Source: Clostridia bacterium (GTDB taxonomy: Bacteria; Bacillota; Clostridia; Christensenellales; CAG-1252). From it: a DNA stretch of 64,000 nt. The notes below the pieces were generated by a model, which did not search any database, was not told where the DNA came from, and saw nothing but the letters and a program-made list of their open reading frames with translations. The stretch is taken from positions 39,258-103,257 of the forward strand of contig JAIKVL010000038.1 in NCBI GenBank assembly GCA_024685775.1, given 5' to 3'. Positions 47,515 to 55,329 of the stretch are shown piece after piece. Made by a program: the position numbers and the translations under genes. Within the stretch, counting starts at the first letter, position 1, and every line of letters starts with the position of its first letter.

Positions 47515-48369
47515 ATGAAGAAAGAGAACAAAGAAAAGCTTGTGATAGAGCAAGAAAAGAAACCGAGCCTTTTCAAATCGAAAGAAGGCAAGGATCTTAA
47601 AAAAGAAAAACTTCCGAAGACCGATAAGGATCTTAAAGATGCGGAAGGCATTCGCAAGGAGCTCGGCGAACTTAAAAGGCTCCTTACTCTTCCCGAAGTC
47701 GCGAGGGACGAGCGCCTTTCCCGCAGTTACGTTAAAAGGATCAACGCGATCTCTCCCGTCTCCGAAGCGTTCGACACCTATGCTTTGAGCGGGGACGACG
47801 AGGACGCGGAGAATCTCAGCAAAGAGCTTTTGAAGCTTTCGCTCGAATCCTTCGGTCCGGACGTTCACGCGGGCGCGGGCGTGTGCGTGCGTACATTAAA
47901 TAATAAGGCGCCTCTCGACGAAGAAGAGATCGAAGCGATCCTCAAAAAGCAGTTGCCCATCTTCGGCGTCAAAGTTCGCGCCGCAGAACTCGGCTCGGAC
48001 TTTGTGCGCTTCGAATGCGTCGGCGAAAAGGCGTATGCCGCCGTCTCGCAAATGGAAAAGGACGTTTTCGGAAAGGATATCGCGTTTTCCTTCTACCCGA
48101 TCCTCGTGGCGCAGAATAGGATCTCGGAGGAAGACGTCCGCACGGATATTTTCAACAGCTCGGGGAAGGGCGGGCAGAACGTCAATAAAGTCGAGACCGC
48201 CGTCCGTATGACCCATATCCCCACGGGGATCACCGTTACCTGCCAAGACGAGCGTTCGCAGCTCCAAAATAAGAAGCGCGCCGCGATGATTCTGAAAGAG
48301 CGCGTCGCCGAATACTATGAAAACGAGCAGGAAGCCTTGATAAAAGAGGCAAAATCCAAGCTTTTTTAG
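47515..48369 (+). CDS. peptide chain release factor-like GGQ protein (RF2-derived, atypical N-terminus)
   Basis: 284 aa. The C-terminal part [50 protein letters not shown] is a clear RF-1/GGQ domain. The N-terminal ~90 aa are Lys/Glu-rich and unlike the PCRF domain. Confidence 0.75.
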   Translation: MKKENKEKLVIEQEKKPSLFKSKEGKDLKKEKLPKTDKDLKDAEGIRKELGELKRLLTLPEVARDERLSRSYVKRINAISPVSEAFDTYALSGDDEDAENLSKELLKLSLESFGPDVHAGAGVCVRTLNNKAPLDEEEIEAILKKQLPIFGVKVRAAELGSDFVRFECVGEKAYAAVSQMEKDVFGKDIAFSFYPILVAQNRISEEDVRTDIFNSSGKGGQNVNKVETAVRMTHIPTGITVTCQDERSQLQNKKRAAMILKERVAEYYENEQEALIKEAKSKLF

Positions 48370-48397
48370 AGAAAAAGGTATATTATATACCAAAATT

Positions 48398-48450
48398 ACT
48401 CTCAAAATGAACTATGTAGCTTACGAAATTCATTTTGAGAGTTTTTTTTC
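48398..48450 (+). terminator. rho-independent terminator after RF-like gene
   Basis: ACTCTCAAAATGAA..TTCATTTTGAGAGT (14-bp stem) followed by T8. Confidence 0.85.
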
Positions 48451-48599
48451 GTCCGAAAAGGACCGATATGCGGCTCGAAAAGAAAAAGTGCGGAAATTTA
48501 GGAGAATTTTTATCGGCGGACCTGCATAAGATTTGTTAAGAAAACGGTGATTTTGTTTAAGAAAAGTTAACATTGTTGAAAAAATGTTAAAAATGGGTA

Positions 48600-48628
48600 T
48601 TGAATTTTGGGTTTTTATATGGTAAAAT
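48600..48628 (+). promoter_or_regulatory. strong sigma-A promoter with extended -10
   Basis: TTGAAT (48600-48605), 17-nt spacer, TGgTAAAAT (48620-48628). Phased TTGTT-A-tract repeats lie upstream, and the hairpin GTAGGGGG ATGGT CCCTCTAC (48648-48668) lies in the 5' UTR. Confidence 0.65.
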
Positions 48629-48714
48629 GACGATAAGAAAGAAAGGGTAGGGGGATGGTCCCTCTACGACGAACAATTTGTTTAGTGCAAAATGTTTAAT
48701 AAGGAGGTATTAAA

Positions 48715-49650
48715 ATGAAAAAACGTTTATTGATTACTTCAATCGTAATGATGCTTGTCGTTGCCGTCGCTCTTTCGACCGCAACCTACGCATGGTTTAC
48801 GAGCAACAGCTCCGTTACCGCGAGCACCATTAAAATAACCGCGCAAACCAGTAATGCCAGCGCGCTCGGTATCGGCTGGATCGGATCTTCTGCTTACGGA
48901 ATTGCTTCCAACTCCATCACCGCGACCGGGCCTTCGACGTCTTTCGCGCCTATGGTTCCTGCAGAACTTACGGTCAACTCAACGACAAGTTCCCTTTCCT
49001 TTACCGGCGCTACGATCAAGAGCGTAGGCGGTAACTTTGTCTTCAACACGGATGCCGGTGCAAGAACGCCTTATACTTTCACCGACGGCACCGATGAAGA
49101 GTTCTACGTAAAGAACCTCTCTACGGCGAACGACGTCGCGAACCTTAGAATGACGATCACTTGGGCGCCGGGTGATACCTATACCCGTGCGACTGCTTTC
49201 AAGAGCGGTGAAACCTACTACACGGCGGGTGCGAATAACAGCTATACCGCGGCGGAGCCGCAACCCACTTCCGGAACTTTCGGCGACGGAACCTACTACG
49301 TCAAAGACACGAAAGATGACGATTTGGTCAGAATCGCGGTCTTTGCGAGAGCTGCCGCGAAACCCGAATCAGTTCAGAGCTCCAATTATGTACTTAAAGG
49401 CATCTTTGGTAAGAGTGCGAACCTCGATACCGAATTCGGTACGGTCGCGGCGAACGGAGACGTTGAAGGTCTCTGCACCACTCCGCGTAAGACCGTTACG
49501 GAAATCAACTTCGGTGCGCTCGCTGCGGAACAACAAATCGATATGGTCGTTATCGCTTGGCTCGACGGTGTGGCTTTGAACGATGCAACCGCCGGAAGAG
49601 TATCGTCTTTCAGCCTTGACTTCGCTGCTACCGCTGCGGTTGGCGCTTAA
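48715..49650 (+). CDS. exported Ser/Thr/Ala/Gly-rich protein with TasA/camelysin-like (SipW-type) N-terminus; candidate fibre subunit
   Basis: 311 aa with a perfect SD (TAAGGAGGT). N-terminus MKKRLLITSIVMMLVVAVALSTATYAWFTSNSSVTASTIKIT resembles the TasA/CalY signal region (..GGGTWAAFND / GGGTFAFFSD followed by a beta strand). The C-terminal pattern IAWLDGVALNDATAGRVSSFSLDFAAT is also TasA-like. No LPXTG, SLH or CWB motifs. Monocistronic, lying between a strong promoter and a strong terminator. Confidence 0.55.
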   Translation: MKKRLLITSIVMMLVVAVALSTATYAWFTSNSSVTASTIKITAQTSNASALGIGWIGSSAYGIASNSITATGPSTSFAPMVPAELTVNSTTSSLSFTGATIKSVGGNFVFNTDAGARTPYTFTDGTDEEFYVKNLSTANDVANLRMTITWAPGDTYTRATAFKSGETYYTAGANNSYTAAEPQPTSGTFGDGTYYVKDTKDDDLVRIAVFARAAAKPESVQSSNYVLKGIFGKSANLDTEFGTVAANGDVEGLCTTPRKTVTEINFGALAAEQQIDMVVIAWLDGVALNDATAGRVSSFSLDFAATAAVGA

Positions 49651-49689
49651 TCGAAAGTAGAAAAAGAATTTGCGACTAAACACAAAATC

Positions 49690-49717
49690 GGCTACCCGAA
49701 TTCGGGTAGCCTTTTTT
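49690..49717 (+). terminator. rho-independent terminator after the candidate fibre subunit gene
   Basis: Perfect hairpin GGCTACCCGAATTCGGGTAGCC followed by T6. Confidence 0.9.
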
Positions 49718-49932
49718 GTTGATCGCGAGGGATCGGGGTGAAGAAGGAAAGGATCTCGCCCCTCGGAGCGCTTGGGGATCGAAGGAAGCCGATCACGCTC
49801 GGTGAATATATTTCGCATTTATGCATAATTTATTAAAAATACGAATAAATTCACGGATATGAATAAATATACGCATAAAATCGTGAATAATGAAAAAATA
49901 TTGAGTTTTTTCGAAAATTATACATTTTTCAT

Positions 49933-49961
49933 TTGACAAAACCTCGGGCGGGTGATAGTAT
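49933..49961 (+). promoter_or_regulatory. sigma-A type promoter of the amino-acid ABC transporter operon
   Basis: TTGACA (49933-49938), 17-nt spacer, TGaTAGTAT (49953-49961). An AT-rich region containing three GAATAA(A)T repeats lies upstream. Confidence 0.5.
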
Positions 49962-49990
49962 AGCAATATCAAGTTTAAGGAGATTTGATT

Positions 49991-50836
49991 ATGAAAAAAG
50001 TTATCGGAATTGTTTTGGTTCTCGCGATCATCGCGACCTGCGTCGCAGCGTTTGCGGCTTGCTCGAAGACCGCCGTCGCGGAAGTCGAAGTCAAAGACAT
50101 CGAACTGACTGCGGAATCCTATGCGTTTATCGTTAAGAAGGGTAACACCGCGATGCAGACCGCGGCGAACGAGCTTCTTGCGGAGCTCAAAGCGAACGGC
50201 GAACTCGCCTCGATCATTAATTCTTTCTTCGACGGCACCGCTACCTTCGAGTACACGAATCCCGCGAGCCGCCAAGGCTGCCTGATCGTCGCGACGAACG
50301 CGTACTTCCCGCCTTTCGAGTACTACAACGGAAATAAGCTGACCGGCGTCGATATGAAGATCGCTTCTTTGCTTGCGGCGAAGCTCGGCAAGACCCTCTT
50401 CATCTTGGACGAAGATTTCGACGCGATCTTTACGAGCGTCAACTCCGGCGAAGCGGATATCGGTATGGCGGGCATTACGGTGAACGAAGAGCGCCAAAAG
50501 AGCTATGATTTTACCGAAGAATACTATGAGTCCGCGCAAGTCCTCGTCGTCAAGAAAGACGACACGCTCTTCGACGCTTGCACGACCGCGGCGGACGTCG
50601 AGAACGTCATCAAAGCGCAAAACAAGAAATACACGATCGGCGCGCAAAACGGAACGACCGGCTATATGTACACCGCGGGCGACGACGATTTCGGTTACGA
50701 CGGTTTCGCCAACATCACGGTGAACGGCTACAAGACCGGCGCGCTTGCGATCAAGGATCTTCAAAACGGAAAGATCAACGGAGTCATCATCGATAAGCAA
50801 CCCGCTTTGATGATCTCGAAAGCATTGAATAAATAA
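49991..50836 (+). CDS. polar amino acid ABC transporter substrate-binding lipoprotein (apparently circularly permuted SBP_bac_3 fold)
   Basis: Lipobox AAFAAC|SK. Core LIVATNAYFPPFEYYNGNKLTGVDMKIA..GEADIGMAGITVNEERQKSYDFTEEYY. The segment normally found at the C-terminus (ESYAFIVKKGNTAMQTAANELLAELKANGELASIINSFF) sits directly after the signal peptide. Confidence 0.8.
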   Translation: MKKVIGIVLVLAIIATCVAAFAACSKTAVAEVEVKDIELTAESYAFIVKKGNTAMQTAANELLAELKANGELASIINSFFDGTATFEYTNPASRQGCLIVATNAYFPPFEYYNGNKLTGVDMKIASLLAAKLGKTLFILDEDFDAIFTSVNSGEADIGMAGITVNEERQKSYDFTEEYYESAQVLVVKKDDTLFDACTTAADVENVIKAQNKKYTIGAQNGTTGYMYTAGDDDFGYDGFANITVNGYKTGALAIKDLQNGKINGVIIDKQPALMISKALNK

Positions 50837-50851
50837 TAGGAAATTCGGAAA

Positions 50852-51574
50852 ATGTCCGTTTGGCAAATCTTTTACAGACAGTTTGTAACCCTCAGCGGTT
50901 ACAAACTTGTCTTAGAAGGGCTTCTGAACACCCTTGTCATCGCCGTTTTCGGCTTATTGATCGGTCTTTTGATCGGAAGCGTCGTCGCCGTCGTCAAGGC
51001 GATCCCTTCTCAAAAAAATCCCGTCGCGAAAATCTTTCAGATCCTCGCCGACGCTTATATCACGATTTTCCGCGGGACGCCTATGGTCGTCCAGCTTCTT
51101 ATTATACACTTCGTCTTGTTCCCGCTTATGGGGATCAATTTCAAAAACCTCGTGATCGGCTCGTTCGTCGTCCAAGGCGTCGTCATCGAGGCGGTCATCG
51201 CCTTTGCGCTGAACAGCGGCGCGTATATCAGCGAGATCATGCGCGGCGGCATCAATTCGGTCGATAAGGGTCAGCTCGAAGCGGGGCGCGCTTTGGGGCT
51301 TTCTTATTCGAGATCGATGGTCAGCGTCGTCATCCCCCAAGCGATCAAAAACGTCCTTCCGACCCTCGGAAACGAATTCATCGCCTTGATCAAAGAGACG
51401 TCCGTCGCGAGTTTTATCGCGGTCACCGATCTGACGAAGGCGTTTCAGAATATGGCGAACAGCACCTACGAGTATATCGTCCCGTACGTCGTGCTCGCGT
51501 TCTGCTATCTCGTCTTGGTTATCCTCATCACGCTCCTCGTTCGCTTGATGGAGAAGAAGATCAGGACGGCGTAA
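50852..51574 (+). CDS. polar amino acid ABC transporter permease (His/Glu/Gln/Arg family)
   Basis: 240 aa, 5-6 TM helices. EAA-loop-like SVDKGQLEAGRALGLSYSRSMVSVVIPQA. Confidence 0.85.
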   Translation: MSVWQIFYRQFVTLSGYKLVLEGLLNTLVIAVFGLLIGLLIGSVVAVVKAIPSQKNPVAKIFQILADAYITIFRGTPMVVQLLIIHFVLFPLMGINFKNLVIGSFVVQGVVIEAVIAFALNSGAYISEIMRGGINSVDKGQLEAGRALGLSYSRSMVSVVIPQAIKNVLPTLGNEFIALIKETSVASFIAVTDLTKAFQNMANSTYEYIVPYVVLAFCYLVLVILITLLVRLMEKKIRTA

Positions 51575-51586
51575 AAGGAGGAGCCA

Positions 51587-52678
51587 ATGGAAGAAAAAGA
51601 GAAGAAACCTCTGATCGAGGTCAAATATCTTACGAAAAAATTCGACGATCTTTTGGTTCTGAACGAGATCTCGACGACGATCTACGAGGGCGAGCGCGTC
51701 GTCATCGTCGGTCCGTCCGGCGGGGGCAAAAGCACCTTTTTGCGCTGCTTGAACGTCCTCGAAGATCCGACTTCGGGCGAGATCATTTTCGACGGAGACG
51801 ATCTGACCGACTTAAAGATCAATATCAACGTCTGCCGCCAAAAGATGGGAATGGTCTTTCAGCAGTTCAATTTGTTTAATAATCTGACCGTTTTGAAAAA
51901 TATCACGCTCGCGCCGATCCTCGTCGATCGCAAGCGTTATTTCGCCGCGAAGAGAAACAACGCGATCCTGCCGAGATATAACGCCTATCTTGAAAAGCAC
52001 AGCGACAAGATCAAAGCGAAGATCGATAAAAAGATCGCGAAACAAAAGGAGATCGTTCGAAAATGCGACGAGCTTTTGAAACCGATCGAAGAAGAATGGG
52101 CGAAGACGAAAAAGACCGTCGAACGCGCGGGCAAGACTTTCGTTACTTACGACAAGGCTTTGACGCGCAAAAAACTCCGCATCGTTACCAAGATCGAGAA
52201 CGCCGAGCGCGCGATCGATCGGGCAAAATACCCGGAGCCGAAAAAGTATATCGACTTCCCGTATAAGGACGTCAAAGAAATAAAAAAAGCAGCGGAAGAA
52301 AACGCGATGCGTCTTTTGAAGCGCATCGGGCTCGAAGAAAAAGCAAACGTCTATCCTTCGACGCTTTCGGGCGGGCAAAAGCAAAGGATCGCGATCGTTC
52401 GCGCGCTTGCGATGAACCCGAAAGTTATGCTCTTTGACGAACCCACGAGCGCGCTCGACCCCGAAATGGTCGGCGAAGTCCTCGACCTCATCAAGACCAT
52501 CGCCGAAACGGGAATGACGATGATCATCGTTACGCACGAAATGGGCTTCGCGAGAGAAGTCGCGTCCCGCGTCTGCTTTATAGACGGCGGCAAGATCAAA
52601 GAAGAAGCTCCCCCCGAGGAATTCTTCGCGAATCCCCAAGACCCGAGACTGAAAGAGTTTTTGTCGAAGGTGCTGTAA
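51587..52678 (+). CDS. polar amino acid ABC transporter ATPase with a ~114-aa insertion in the helical subdomain
   Basis: Walker [11 protein letters not shown]-loop MVFQQFNLF, signature [14 protein letters not shown], Walker [14 protein letters not shown]-loop VTHEM. 363 aa, compared with ~240 aa for typical GlnQ/ArtM-type ATPases. Confidence 0.85.
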   Translation: MEEKEKKPLIEVKYLTKKFDDLLVLNEISTTIYEGERVVIVGPSGGGKSTFLRCLNVLEDPTSGEIIFDGDDLTDLKININVCRQKMGMVFQQFNLFNNLTVLKNITLAPILVDRKRYFAAKRNNAILPRYNAYLEKHSDKIKAKIDKKIAKQKEIVRKCDELLKPIEEEWAKTKKTVERAGKTFVTYDKALTRKKLRIVTKIENAERAIDRAKYPEPKKYIDFPYKDVKEIKKAAEENAMRLLKRIGLEEKANVYPSTLSGGQKQRIAIVRALAMNPKVMLFDEPTSALDPEMVGEVLDLIKTIAETGMTMIIVTHEMGFAREVASRVCFIDGGKIKEEAPPEEFFANPQDPRLKEFLSKVL

Positions 52679-52712
52679 GTCGATAAACGCGATTCGCCGC
52701 AGGGGCGGATAT

Positions 52713-52747
52713 TAAAAAAGCTCGTTGTGATCCAACGAGCTTTTTTA
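52713..52747. terminator. bidirectional terminator between convergent ABC ATPase and GGDEF genes
   Basis: AAAAAAGCTCGTTG TGATC CAACGAGCTTTTTT, with an A-run on one side and a T-run on the other. Confidence 0.85.
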
Positions 52748-52779
52748 ATAATTCATCGTTGCTTTGTCAAATTTTATCG

Positions 52780-54135
52780 TTATTCTTTATAAAAACTGCA
52801 GCACGCTTTTCCTGCGTTTTTGCTTTCGTAAAGAGCGACATCCGCGTTCTTCATCAGAGATCTGTCAAGTTTTTTCCCAAACGCGACTCCTGCGCTGAGC
52901 GTCACCTCCGGCGCGCCGTTTTGCGCTTCTGCGGTCAAAAAATCGTTGATGCGTTCGTATTTGCTTTGGATGATCGTTTTGCTGTTTTCGTCAATGCCGA
53001 ACAGGGTTACGGCAAACTCGTCGCCTCCTATGCGGAAGATGCTGTCCGCCGTGCGGAAATTTTCACGCATGGCAGTCACCACGCTTGTCAAAACCTTGTC
53101 GTCCGCAAGATGCCCGTATCGATCATTGATCTGTTTGAAATTGTCGATATCCACGATCAAAAAAGCAAGTTGCCCTTCCTCTGCCGTGTTGAGGATGTTT
53201 TCAAAAGCATTGCGGTTGAGCGCACCGGTCAAACCGTCGTGTTCCGCTTTGAACTTCAAGCGTTTTTGACTGCGGCGGTTGGATTCGTACATCAAGTTGT
53301 AGGCATAGGCAAACATTTTGATTTCGTATCCGCCTTGTACCGGGAGGGGCGCGTCTTTTTCGATATAAGGGATCGCGCGGATGAGCGGCGTGAAGATGCG
53401 GCTTGAAGTTAAGATTACGATCAAAATGGAAAGAGCGATAAACGTGGCGATCAAAATCAGCTCGTAAATCATGGCGATGCGAAGACGGAACTCCGCGCCG
53501 TCCTGTGTCTTTTCAAGTTCCTGAACGAGACTTTTTACACAAAGATCGACTTCGCTTGAGATCGTCCCTTTGGAAGAAGTGTAGTTTCGGTCAAAAAGGA
53601 TATTGGTTGCAAGTTCGGCTTTCCCCAAAGCGGAAAGAGCTTGTTCTTCCTCCGTTAAAACTACGGTGCGAACTCTTTCGTCGTACGTGGAAAGGTCGTC
53701 CCCCGCAGATTCCGCTTTGAGACGCATCGATTTGAACTCGGTATTCATCAAATTGCGGGATTCGATCATTGCTTTTTGCAAATGTTCCGCGGCGGGAGAG
53801 TTCGGAAAATTCTCTTCAATAAAATCGAGGGCGTCATCGCGGCGGCGGTTTTCGTCGGCTTCCGTGAAATAGGCGGTCATATGTTCCGCAGCGCCCGTTG
53901 CCGCAAAGGAGCGGGCCTGATCGGTAAGATAATCGGAAGAAACGATCATTTCTTTGGATTTTTCTTCCCAAGTGACGTAATTTTTTGCGACGTTGATCAG
54001 GTCGCGATAATTCATCCAGTTAAAAACGATAACGACGATAAGAAGAGCGGAAACCAGCGCCATAACAATGGCAAAAATAGTAACCGTGCGCTTCAATGGA
54101 ATTCCATGCTTGCGCACTTGCGAAAAATCTCCCAT
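52780..54135 (-). CDS. membrane diguanylate cyclase (helical periplasmic sensor between two TM helices + GGDEF)
   Basis: 451 aa. TM1 TVTIFAIVMALVSALLIVVIVF and TM2 IAMIYELILIATFIALSILIVIL. Motifs DGLTGALNRNAF, VDIDNFKQINDRYGH and RIGGDEFAV. Divergent from the 54381 operon. Confidence 0.85.
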   Translation of the reverse strand: MGDFSQVRKHGIPLKRTVTIFAIVMALVSALLIVVIVFNWMNYRDLINVAKNYVTWEEKSKEMIVSSDYLTDQARSFAATGAAEHMTAYFTEADENRRRDDALDFIEENFPNSPAAEHLQKAMIESRNLMNTEFKSMRLKAESAGDDLSTYDERVRTVVLTEEEQALSALGKAELATNILFDRNYTSSKGTISSEVDLCVKSLVQELEKTQDGAEFRLRIAMIYELILIATFIALSILIVILTSSRIFTPLIRAIPYIEKDAPLPVQGGYEIKMFAYAYNLMYESNRRSQKRLKFKAEHDGLTGALNRNAFENILNTAEEGQLAFLIVDIDNFKQINDRYGHLADDKVLTSVVTAMRENFRTADSIFRIGGDEFAVTLFGIDENSKTIIQSKYERINDFLTAEAQNGAPEVTLSAGVAFGKKLDRSLMKNADVALYESKNAGKACCSFYKE

Positions 54136-54308
54136 AACCCCTTCCCATCTTTTGTTTTTGAAAACGTTTTCTCAAGATTATACTTACTACTACATAAATT
54201 ATTAGGATATTTTCGCGCGAATGTCAAATAAAAATGGTGAAATAGCGATAATTTTGTAAAGAATTTCAGGAAAACTCTACCAAAAAAAAGATATTTGAAG
54301 AAAAAGGG

Positions 54309-54338
54309 TTTACACAAAATAATAAGTAAATATATAAT
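54309..54338 (+). promoter_or_regulatory. sigma-A type promoter of the 54381-64000+ operon
   Basis: TTTACA (54309-54314), 18-nt spacer, TATAAT (54333-54338), in a very AT-rich divergent region. The perfect palindrome GTGCGCGCAC (54353-54362) lies between the -10 box and the SD. Confidence 0.5.
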
Positions 54339-54380
54339 ATATATGTATAATTTTGTGCGCGCACGTAAAGAGGAGTTGGG

Positions 54381-55322
54381 ATGAAATTGTTTGGCAAGCA
54401 CGTTTCCGAAAAAGACAAGAAGGAGCTGTTGATGCAGCTTCTCGCCGTCGTGCTGTCCGGCATTTTTGTCATTACGCTTGGGGTGGTCAGTTTTGCCTGG
54501 TTTTCACAGAACGTCTCCGTGGAAAACTCCGGTATGCAGGTTGTTGTCTCTTATGAAACGGTGGAGCTTTTGATCGACAGAACGACGGAATACGACGACT
54601 CTTCCCGCTATGAAGGCATGGTAGGAGCGGGCGGCTTTAAGTCGGTGCTTGCCGCAAAAGAATTTGACTTTACCGAGACGTATACGGCCGAAGCGCCCTT
54701 GCTCGCTTATGAGCTTATTGTGGCGGAAAACACCTTCGAAAACAAAAAGTATTTGGTCCCCGGCGCGTACGGTATGTTGACATTTTACATTCGCCCGAAA
54801 ACGGGACACGACGGCGACACGGTGTTTTTCAATCTTTTCTTCGAAGGGTACGCAAACTTTTATGAGGAAGGGCAGGCGGTTTCTACGATTCAACAGGTCA
54901 CCAAGGAAAGCGTTTGCAATTTGTTAAAGGGGCATATTTTGTTTTTTAAGGAAAGAACGGGGGCGGCATATGCCGATTACGTTTATACCGAGCAGATCAC
55001 GGGAGGCGCTTTTAATTATGATATGTCACAGCACGCCAAGTGTTCCGATCCCGGCAAAACGGACCTTTATAAGGTGACGTTGTACTGGGAGTGGCCGCTC
55101 ACCTACTATGCCATCCGTGACGATCTGTCTACCGAGTCCCCCGCAACGACAAAAAAATATCCGACGGAGACGGGGGCGTATGTTGCAAACAACCCTCTTT
55201 ACTTCTACCCCCCGAGTGCGGCGATCGCGACGGATGAAGAAAAAACCGACGCCTATAACGACGGCGATCAGTTGATCGGCGACAACGTGGAATACTTTGT
55301 CGTCCGCATCGGCATTGTTTGA
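54381..55322 (+). CDS. exported protein A with TasA/SipW-type N-terminus (paralogue class of 48715 gene)
   Basis: 313 aa, SD AAGAGGAG. N-terminus ..LLAVVLSGIFVITLGVVSFAWFSQNVSVENSGMQVVVS. Internal LVPGAYGMLTFYIRP and C-terminal YNDGDQLIGDNVEYFVVRI resemble the TasA/camelysin beta-sandwich pattern. Confidence 0.55.
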   Translation: MKLFGKHVSEKDKKELLMQLLAVVLSGIFVITLGVVSFAWFSQNVSVENSGMQVVVSYETVELLIDRTTEYDDSSRYEGMVGAGGFKSVLAAKEFDFTETYTAEAPLLAYELIVAENTFENKKYLVPGAYGMLTFYIRPKTGHDGDTVFFNLFFEGYANFYEEGQAVSTIQQVTKESVCNLLKGHILFFKERTGAAYADYVYTEQITGGAFNYDMSQHAKCSDPGKTDLYKVTLYWEWPLTYYAIRDDLSTESPATTKKYPTETGAYVANNPLYFYPPSAAIATDEEKTDAYNDGDQLIGDNVEYFVVRIGIV

Positions 55323-55329
55323 GGAAAAA

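Noticed and set aside
43920-47657. ORFs inside the repeat arrays (43920-44132, 43957-44172, 44169-44372, 45427-45672, 45659-45919, 46876-47199, 47277-47657)
   Set aside because: Their translations are just the repeats read through (recurrent SSRACRGIALSCNPR, HPEPVEGS and RLRGYFDSASLRSI strings). They overlap each other in different frames and lack start signals.
49900-49925. CodY-box-like palindrome TTTTTTCGAAAATT upstream of the amino-acid ABC operon
   Set aside because: It is 14 nt long and lacks the central W of the 15-nt AATTTTCWGAAAATT consensus. It lies in generally AT-rich DNA, which is not enough evidence to call a CodY site.
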